NCBI GenBank assembly: GCA_963704885.1
Contig: CAVPIB010000008.1
Span: 32,001-96,000 of the forward strand
Direction of reading: 5' to 3'
DNA: 64,000 bases
Source: an uncultured Actinomycetes bacterium
Lineage (GTDB): Bacteria; Actinomycetota; UBA4738; HRBIN12
Under the pieces are notes generated by a model. That model was not told the origin of the DNA and did no database searches. It worked only from the letters and a program-made list of their open reading frames with translations. A program made the position numbers and the translations under genes. Positions 58,001-64,000 of the stretch are shown here, piece by piece. The first letter of the stretch is position 1; each line of letters starts with the position of its first letter.

Positions 58001-59509
58001 GCGGACCGTGCCGGCCGCACGGTCCCAGACCAGGCGCGGGCGCAGCCCGGCGAAGTCGTCGCTCGGGTAGCGGCCGGCCAACATGTCCAGGACGGCGGTG
58101 AAGACCGCGTCGGACAGGTCCGAGAAGTTCGCGGTCTGCCTGACGACCGCTGCAAGGTCGTCCACGGCCCACTCTTCGACCGCGCACATCGCCACCAGCT
58201 GCTGCGCCAAGACGTCGAGCGGGTCGCGCGGGTAGCGCGTCTCCTCGATCAGGCCTTCGCGCATGCGCTGTGTGACGACCGCAGCTTCGAGCAGATCGCC
58301 GCGGAACTTGGGGAAGATCTTCCCTCGGCTGGGTTCGCCGACCTGGTGGCCGGCCCGGCCGATCCGCTGAAGGCCACTCGCGACCGATCCCGGCGACTCC
58401 ACCTGGATCACCAGATCGACCGCGCCCATGTCGATCCCGAGTTCCAGCGACGAGGTGGCGACGATGCCGCGCAACCGGCCTTCCTTCAGCGCGTCCTCGA
58501 CCTCCGTGCGCTGTTCGCGGGCGAGCGAACCGTGATGGGCACGGACCAGGTCCTCTCCCGCGAGCTCGTTCAGCCGGGCCGCCAGCCGCTCGGCCATCCG
58601 CCGCGCGTTCACGAAGACGATCGTGGAGCGATGCGTACGGATCAGGTCCAGGAGCTGTGGGTGGATGGCCGGCCAGATTGACGCCACCGCGGGAGAACGA
58701 CCGTCGGTCGAGGGCCCCAGCAGTTTGGGAGCGGGCCCGGTCTGTTCGGCGATGGCTCCGAGCTCGGACATGTCCTCTACCGGGACCACCACCTCGATCT
58801 CCATGGCCTTTCGATGTCCGGTGTCGACGATCGTCACGGGACGGGGCCCCGCTTTCGTCTGTCCTCCCAGGAAGCGCGCGATCTCCTCCAGCGGCCGCTG
58901 GGTGGCGGATAGGCCGATGCGCTGCGGCGGCGTCTCGGTCAACCGTTCCAGGCGTTCGAGCGAGAGCGCAAGGTGCGCCCCTCGTTTCGTGGCCGCCACG
59001 GCGTGGATCTCATCGACGATCACACAGCGAACGCCCCGAAGTGTCTCCCTGGCGGCGGACGTCAGCATCAGGTACAGCGACTCCGGCGTGGTGATCAAGA
59101 TGTCCGGCGGCCGCTTGAGCATGGTCCGGCGCTCGTTCGCGGGCGTGTCGCCTGTGCGGATCCCGACCACGGGATGGTGGGCGAGCGGCGCCCCGTCGCG
59201 TTCGGCCGCGTGCTCGATCCCCGCCAGCGGCGCGCGGAGGTTCTTCTCGACGTCGACGGCGAGCGCGCGGAGCGGTGAGATGTACAACACCCGGGTGCGC
59301 AGATCGGGCGGAGGCGGTGGCTCCGTGGTCAGGCGGTCGATCGCCCACAGGAAGGCGGCGAGGGTCTTCCCGGAGCCGGTAGGCGCGAGGATCAACGTGT
59401 GCTCACCGCGTGCTATCGCGGCCCATCCCTGGCTCTGGGCCGGAGTGGGTTCGTCGAACGTGGCTCCGAACCACGTCCTGGCCGCGGGGGAGAAGACGTC
59501 GAGCGTCAC
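55094..59509 (-). CDS. lhr: Lhr-family ATP-dependent helicase (long form with C-terminal winged-helix/glycosylase-like region)
   Basis: APTGSGKT, ITTPESL, DEIH, GLSAT, HHGSL, SSLELGIDMG, QRIGRAGH, GGTIPDRG, RRGYFVAGLGAAQFA, ATDPA. Confidence 0.95.
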   Translation of the reverse strand: MTLDVFSPAARTWFGATFDEPTPAQSQGWAAIARGEHTLILAPTGSGKTLAAFLWAIDRLTTEPPPPPDLRTRVLYISPLRALAVDVEKNLRAPLAGIEHAAERDGAPLAHHPVVGIRTGDTPANERRTMLKRPPDILITTPESLYLMLTSAARETLRGVRCVIVDEIHAVAATKRGAHLALSLERLERLTETPPQRIGLSATQRPLEEIARFLGGQTKAGPRPVTIVDTGHRKAMEIEVVVPVEDMSELGAIAEQTGPAPKLLGPSTDGRSPAVASIWPAIHPQLLDLIRTHRSTIVFVNARRMAERLAARLNELAGEDLVRAHHGSLAREQRTEVEDALKEGRLRGIVATSSLELGIDMGAVDLVIQVESPGSVASGLQRIGRAGHQVGEPSRGKIFPKFRGDLLEAAVVTQRMREGLIEETRYPRDPLDVLAQQLVAMCAVEEWAVDDLAAVVRQTANFSDLSDAVFTAVLDMLAGRYPSDDFAGLRPRLVWDRAAGTVRARDGAGSLAITSGGTIPDRGLFGVFLPDGTRVGELDEEMVYESRRGEVFVLGASSWRIEDITRERVVVTSAPGEPGKMPFWKGDKPGRPLELGRALGTFTREVAAAGREEALSRLRDDVGLDTLASENLVRYLDDQREVTGAIPDDRTIVVERFRDELGDWRLCVLSPFGKRVHAPWGLAIEARLAERIGPGAQVLWSDDGIVIRLPEAEDHLPLDDLLFDPDDVEDEVMRLLPGTAMFASVFREASARALLLPRRRPGQRTPLWQQRQRSADLLTAAAKHPTFPMLLEATRECLRDVFDVPALREVMADLRSRRTRLVAVDTEHASPFAQSLLFGWVAVYMYEGDAPLAERRAAALALDPDLLRELLGEEELRELLDPAALDELELELQGLIEGRRARNVDDLHDLLRTVGDLTEREIAVRADQEPSAWIERLLGDGRAIRVRVAGEARLAAIEDAARLRDALGVALRIGLPAVFTEPTDRPLEGLVARYARTHAPFLATQVAARMGASPERMRGALEALESEGRVVHGEFRPGGVEREWCDPGILRRLRRRSLAALRKEVEPVDAATLGRFLPAWQGAVTPSGGPNALIDAIGRLQGAAIPASILEHDVLPARVRGFRPADLDALCAAGDLVWVGAGALGADDGRVSLFFRDQIRPLAPMPLDDAPDGDAHRAIRGHLQDRGASFWPELVQAAGTADEHLVLGALWDLVWAGEVTNDTLAPLRALVARRSRSPRGGAKARPGALRRAGPPAGAGRWSLVAPLLQPAATPTEIAHARALQLLDRHGVLTREAVLAEGVPGGFAGVYGVLKALEDSGKVRRGYFVAGLGAAQFAVPGAVDRLRAMRDPSDERGSAAIVLAATDPAQPFGAGLPWPEGAGRPSRQAGSFVVLLDGALAAFLERGARSLLTFGMSPGGWTDALASLTKDGRLKKIELTRIDGSPATESPLAEPLREAGFTDGYRGLTSRA

Positions 59510-59566
59510 GCCGACACCGTACCCGGAGGGGCCGACGCGCGTGGAGGCCCGGCTAGGATGCCGCTC

Positions 59567-60556
59567 ATGCTCCGTTCCGAACGATCGCGTCGGATCACGC
59601 GTCTCGCGTGGGCCGTGCTGATAGCGGCGGTCGTGCTGGCGTCCGCGCCGCCGGCGTTCGCGGCCTCGGGATCGGTGTCCGCGAGCCCTTCTCCAGCCTC
59701 ACCGGGTCCCGCTTTCGGCGGGGCGGGGGATCAGGTGGTGCTCCTCGGCCGTGTGGTGGTTCCGAGGGGTCAGTCGGTGGGGGAGGTGGTGGTCTTCTCC
59801 GGCCGGGCGATCGTGGAGGGCGTCGTCCGAGGAGACGTGGTCGTGCTTGAAGGGCCGATCACGGTGAGCGGTCAGGTTAGCGGGAGCGTGATCGCGCTCG
59901 GTGGCTCGATCCGATTGCTGGAGGGCGCCCAGGTCGGCGGCGACGTGTTGGCGCAGGACACGGTCCAGGTGGGGGACGACGTGCAGGTGGCCGGCTCCAT
60001 CCGCGAGGACGTCGCCTTCAACCTGAGCGGACCGCTCCGTGCCGTGGGCGTGTTCCTCTCCTGGTTGGCCGTGGCGGCGTCCACGCTGATCCTCGGCCTG
60101 CTGTTCTCGTTCCTGGCACCACAGGCGCTGGAGCGAACCACGGCGGCCGGGCGAACTGCCCCATGGGCGAGTGCCGGGTGGGGCGTGGCGATCGCCGTCG
60201 GCGTGCCGGTCCTCTCGACGGGGCTGGTGGCGTTGGTCTTGGGATTGCCGCTCGGGCTGGCCGCGCTGCTGGCGATCGGACTGCTGATGCTCATCGGCGT
60301 GGTCATCACGGCTCACCTGGCGGGACGCCTGCTACTCGGCGACGAGCGAGCGACAGCCACCGCTTTCCTGGCCGGATGGGGGATCGCGACCGTCGTCGGG
60401 GTGATCCCCTTCGTGAGCGGCGTGGTGTTCGGCCTGGCGGCGGTGTTCGGGCTGGGCGAGGCCTCTGTCGCGATCTGGCGGGCCCGTGCGCCGGAAAGTG
60501 CGGGACGTCACCGGGCGCGGCCTACCGGCCGCGCCCGAACGTCGAGTCCTTCGTGA
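59567..60556 (+). CDS. Bactofilin-like (polymer-forming) beta-helix membrane protein
   Basis: Signal peptide; repeated G-x-V-x-G-D-V-V motifs; about 5 C-terminal TM helices. TAGGAT lies 7 nt before the ATG. Confidence 0.75.
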   Translation: MLRSERSRRITRLAWAVLIAAVVLASAPPAFAASGSVSASPSPASPGPAFGGAGDQVVLLGRVVVPRGQSVGEVVVFSGRAIVEGVVRGDVVVLEGPITVSGQVSGSVIALGGSIRLLEGAQVGGDVLAQDTVQVGDDVQVAGSIREDVAFNLSGPLRAVGVFLSWLAVAASTLILGLLFSFLAPQALERTTAAGRTAPWASAGWGVAIAVGVPVLSTGLVALVLGLPLGLAALLAIGLLMLIGVVITAHLAGRLLLGDERATATAFLAGWGIATVVGVIPFVSGVVFGLAAVFGLGEASVAIWRARAPESAGRHRARPTGRARTSSPS

Positions 60557-63407
60557 ACCGCGCCACCGTCAGCAGATCGCCGTTGACGTAGGCGTTCCAC
60601 CACGAGAAGAGCCGGCTCATCAACGAGACGCACGGCGGTCCCGTGTGCTTCCACCCACCGCACCAGGACAGGCGGTCCGTGAACGATCCGGTCGTGTCGT
60701 CCACGTACGAGACCTTGAGGGGGTCTCGCCCCCAACCCACGACCGACCAGTTGTCCAGGAATACAGCCGTGACCGGGTTCGAGGGACCGTACCCCGGAGG
60801 GATCGTGATCGAGACCAGGCTGCCGAAGATCCCCTTGGGCGCCGGGTAGCTCACGCCGTTCACTCCCACACGCATGCACGCGAACGCGCCGCCGCACGGT
60901 CGTTCCGTGATCGTCACCGGCCCGCCGGAGCCGCCGCCGGGGAGGCCCACCAGCGCCACGGTGGGGTCCGCCTTCGTGGCGACCGGCTTGCCCCGCACCC
61001 ACTGGGTGGCATCGGTGATCCAGGTCGTCGCGGCAGAGGCGGGAACGTATCCGGCCGCGAAGTCGGGCCGGCGGGGGAGCACCGTGGTGGCTACGTCGAG
61101 CGAGTCGTTGCCGGGCATACCGTCTCCGGTCGCCGCGACCGCGAACCCGTCGTGGATCGTCGTTTCGACATCGACCTTCGGCGTCTGCGTGACGATGAGG
61201 ACGCTGGCCTCGTCTCCGCTCGCCAAGTCACCGAGGGCGCACGACACGACTCCGAGCGTCGCGCCGCACGACGGATCGGAGCCTGTAGCTACGAACGTCT
61301 CGCCCAGGGCGAGGGCATCGGTGAGCACCGCGCCCGACACCGTGTCGGGGCCCAGGTTAGTGACGGTGGCCGTGTAGCCGACGTCGTATCCGCCGGTCAC
61401 CGGGTTCGGTGTGTTGGCGACCGCCGTCAGTGCCAGGTCGACCTCGTCGCCGGGGGGCGCCGCGGCGGGCATCACCGTGGTCGACACCGCCGGTGACGTG
61501 TCGTCGTCCGGGTTCTGGTCGGTCCGATCGGAGGTCGCCGACGCGGTGTTCTCTACCGTCAGGGGTTCGGGTGAAGCGAGCGGGTCGGCCTGCACCTGCA
61601 GGTCCACAGAGGCGCTCGCGCCGGCGTCCAGCGCGCCCATGTCGCAGGTCAACACACCTGCCGACTGGGCACAGGTCCCGGCGCTCGGCGTGGCGCCCAG
61701 GTACGTCAGTCCCGAGGGAAGGTTGTCGGTCAGCACGACGCCGAGGGCTTGGTCGGGACCGGAGTTCGACACGCCGATCACGTAGGAGAACACGTCTCCC
61801 TCGGTGACCGAACCGGGTCCATCCTTCGTCACCGACAGGTCGACCCGGCGAGGTCGCGCGGTGCTGCCGATGCCGGTCGAGTTGTCGAACGGATCGGGGT
61901 CGTCGGTCGGCGAGCTCACGGAGGCCTGATCCGTCATGATCAAGACGCCGTTCACGTCGTTCACCGTGCCGACGATCGTCACCGTGACGTCGTTGGCATC
62001 GCCGGGATCCACGATGCCCAGGTTGCACGAGACGGTCTGCATCACGCCCGCGCACGAGCCGGCGCTCGCCGTGGCCGAGGCCAGGTTGACGCCCAGCGGG
62101 AGGTCATTCGTGAATGTGACGTCGGTGGCGGGATCCGGGCCGTCGTTGTGGACGGTCAAGCTGTAGGTGATCGAACCGTTGCCCGCGACGGGATCGGGCG
62201 CGACGCTGCCCCACACCGACAGATCGGCGGAGTTACCGCCCGACGAGGCGACCACCGGCACGCAGCCGGAGAACTCCGACGTGTTCCCCGCTCCCGACGC
62301 ATCCGTTGCCGTGGCCGTGATGGCGTCGCCGTCGTTCGTGGCGTCGAGCCCGTTCGCCGTGAACGCGAACGTCCCAGGCGAGCTTTGATCGACTGCGGGG
62401 ACGGAGATCGAACCGATGGGGGCGGCGCCTTCGCCGAACCCACCGGGCGAAGGCATGTCGTCGCAGGAGGGACTCGTGAAGAACTCGACCACGAACGCAC
62501 CGGCCGGAGTGGGACCGGTTGGGACGGTGAGCGACCCGGTGACGCTTGTCCCGGCGGCGTCGGTCGAGGCGTCCGTGAGATCGGGCATGTGCTGGAGGTC
62601 GTTGCCTCCTAGGCCCGGCCCGCTGGCGCCGTTCGGCGTTACGCCGTCTCCGCCGGGGGAGCCCCCGGTCGCCACCAGGTCGATGCCGAGGCCGCCGTTC
62701 GCCGACAGGCGGTTCCCGCGGATCGCGACCTGTCGCGCCGCGGAGCCCACAAGGACGCCAGCGCCCATGTTGTTCATCACGATGTTGTCCGAGATGGTGG
62801 AAGCCGATGAGCCTGTCGATGCGATCGCGATCCCCGCCCCGCCGTTGCCTTGAACCGCGGTCCCCACGGCGTTGGTCCCGATCGCGTTGCACGTGATACC
62901 GGTCCCAGATGCCACACCCGACACCGACACGCCGTCGCCTTCGAACCGGCGGATCACGAGGCCGCTGATCGTGGTTCCCACGCCATCGGTGACCGATAGG
63001 CCTGCCGCTCCGGGGCCCGCGCTGGAGCCCTCCAGACGGACCATGAGGGTGGGCGGCCAGCTGGCGCAGTCCACGGAGCCCGGCTGCGTCAACGCGTCAA
63101 CCGTTACCTGTTCGGTGATCGCCGGCAGCGGCGTGAGCGGGGTGATCGTCATGCCCCCGAACCCGTTCGAGAATGAGATGAGATCGGCGCCGGGGTTGGC
63201 ATTAGCGTCGAGGATCGCCTGGCGGAACGTGCCTGGTCCCGCGTCACCGGGGTCGGTGACCACGAAGCTCGCCGCGCTCGCGGATGTCGCAGGGAGCAAG
63301 AGCAACCCCGAGACGAGCGTCAGACAGAGCACGGCGCTCCACGCGCGTGAGCGCGGGAGCGCACGTCCGACGGCGGGACGGCCGGCAGCGGATGACAAGT
63401 CCTTCAA
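60522..63407 (-). CDS. Large secreted surface protein: right-handed beta-helix plus three DUF11 (conserved repeat) Ig-like domains
   Basis: Signal peptide; DAGPGTFRQAILDAN; NGGLGIDL; TATATD..GNTSEFS; three repeats of DL..Y...V.N.GPD.A..V..TD.L. TTG start with SD GGAGG. Confidence 0.85.
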   Translation of the reverse strand: MKDLSSAAGRPAVGRALPRSRAWSAVLCLTLVSGLLLLPATSASAASFVVTDPGDAGPGTFRQAILDANANPGADLISFSNGFGGMTITPLTPLPAITEQVTVDALTQPGSVDCASWPPTLMVRLEGSSAGPGAAGLSVTDGVGTTISGLVIRRFEGDGVSVSGVASGTGITCNAIGTNAVGTAVQGNGGAGIAIASTGSSASTISDNIVMNNMGAGVLVGSAARQVAIRGNRLSANGGLGIDLVATGGSPGGDGVTPNGASGPGLGGNDLQHMPDLTDASTDAAGTSVTGSLTVPTGPTPAGAFVVEFFTSPSCDDMPSPGGFGEGAAPIGSISVPAVDQSSPGTFAFTANGLDATNDGDAITATATDASGAGNTSEFSGCVPVVASSGGNSADLSVWGSVAPDPVAGNGSITYSLTVHNDGPDPATDVTFTNDLPLGVNLASATASAGSCAGVMQTVSCNLGIVDPGDANDVTVTIVGTVNDVNGVLIMTDQASVSSPTDDPDPFDNSTGIGSTARPRRVDLSVTKDGPGSVTEGDVFSYVIGVSNSGPDQALGVVLTDNLPSGLTYLGATPSAGTCAQSAGVLTCDMGALDAGASASVDLQVQADPLASPEPLTVENTASATSDRTDQNPDDDTSPAVSTTVMPAAAPPGDEVDLALTAVANTPNPVTGGYDVGYTATVTNLGPDTVSGAVLTDALALGETFVATGSDPSCGATLGVVSCALGDLASGDEASVLIVTQTPKVDVETTIHDGFAVAATGDGMPGNDSLDVATTVLPRRPDFAAGYVPASAATTWITDATQWVRGKPVATKADPTVALVGLPGGGSGGPVTITERPCGGAFACMRVGVNGVSYPAPKGIFGSLVSITIPPGYGPSNPVTAVFLDNWSVVGWGRDPLKVSYVDDTTGSFTDRLSWCGGWKHTGPPCVSLMSRLFSWWNAYVNGDLLTVARFTKDSTFGRGR

Positions 63408-63600
63408 CTCCCTCCGTTCCCCCTCACGGCAGATATCGGTCGGAGAGGAGACGTTTCTGGAGTGCTGTGGCGCAACCTTCTAGAAGACCGACCTCGGCCC
63501 TAGTCCGACCAGCTCACCACCGACCCCCTAGCGGGGCGATGCGTCAGACGATGAGGCGACGTGCCGAACCATATGTGTGCGCAGGCCCGAGCGATGACGG

Positions 63601-63867
63601 TCAGCGGCGGGGCGTCTGCTGTGCCAGCCACGTCCGGAGGTTCTCGATGTGCTGCCGTGCTTCGACGCCGTGAGGACACGTGAGCGGCTCCTCGCAAGGA
63701 GGGTTGCCCTCCATCGTGAAGAAGTTGAAACGGCAGTCCGGGCAGTAGACATCAAGCTCGTCCGGCAGGTACGGGCAGTCACCCCAGGCGCACGATCGCT
63801 GTCCCTCGCCCGTGCCCAGATCGAGGCTGCACCCCGGACATTGACTGAAGCCTTCCCATCGCGGCAC
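63601..63867 (-). CDS. Small Cys-rich protein with two tandem 4-Cys repeats
   Basis: SD AAGGAGG before the GTG at 63867; CPGC-x12-C-x4-CP and CPDC-x12-C-x5-CP. Confidence 0.7.
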   Translation of the reverse strand: MPRWEGFSQCPGCSLDLGTGEGQRSCAWGDCPYLPDELDVYCPDCRFNFFTMEGNPPCEEPLTCPHGVEARQHIENLRTWLAQQTPRR

Positions 63868-64000
63868 GGTCGTCGCCTCCTTCGGGTCTGTGGTAGCGCG
63901 GAGCAGGCTCCGAGCGAGAGGGCCGGAAGACCCGTAGTCGAAGGGCATGGCGGATCGGAACACGCTTCGCGGAGCGGGCGGGGCGTATCCTTACTGGCCG

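Overview
High-GC bacterial chromosomal segment, most likely from a deep-branching Actinomycetota lineage (inferred from gene content, the recO-uppS-glyQS-ppdK-dgt-dnaG-rpoD order and widespread apparently leaderless genes). It carries about 60 CDS and two tRNAs (Asn-GTT and Ile2-CAT). I found no rRNA, CRISPR array, integrase or transposase. Housekeeping genes (deoC, recO, uppS, glyQS, ppdK, dgt, dnaG, rpoD, fumC, gdhA, add, ggt, lhr) are interleaved with accessory genes. The most notable items are: (1) a translationally coupled operon of two nitrobindins plus a hemerythrin-fused P1B-5 ATPase, flanked by a MOSC protein and an orphan 4xPAS kinase, with an orphan H-NOX elsewhere in the window, suggesting an NO/iron handling system; (2) a circularly permuted PafA/PhoK-like alkaline-phosphatase-superfamily lipoprotein; (3) a signal-less HiPIP-like 4-Cys mini-protein with a possible frameshift; (4) an 8-Cys tandem-repeat mini-protein; (5) an IclR locus with a visible repeated operator and an ABC importer lacking an ATPase gene; (6) several RBS-occluding hairpins. 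All calls come from reading motifs by eye; no database searches were run.
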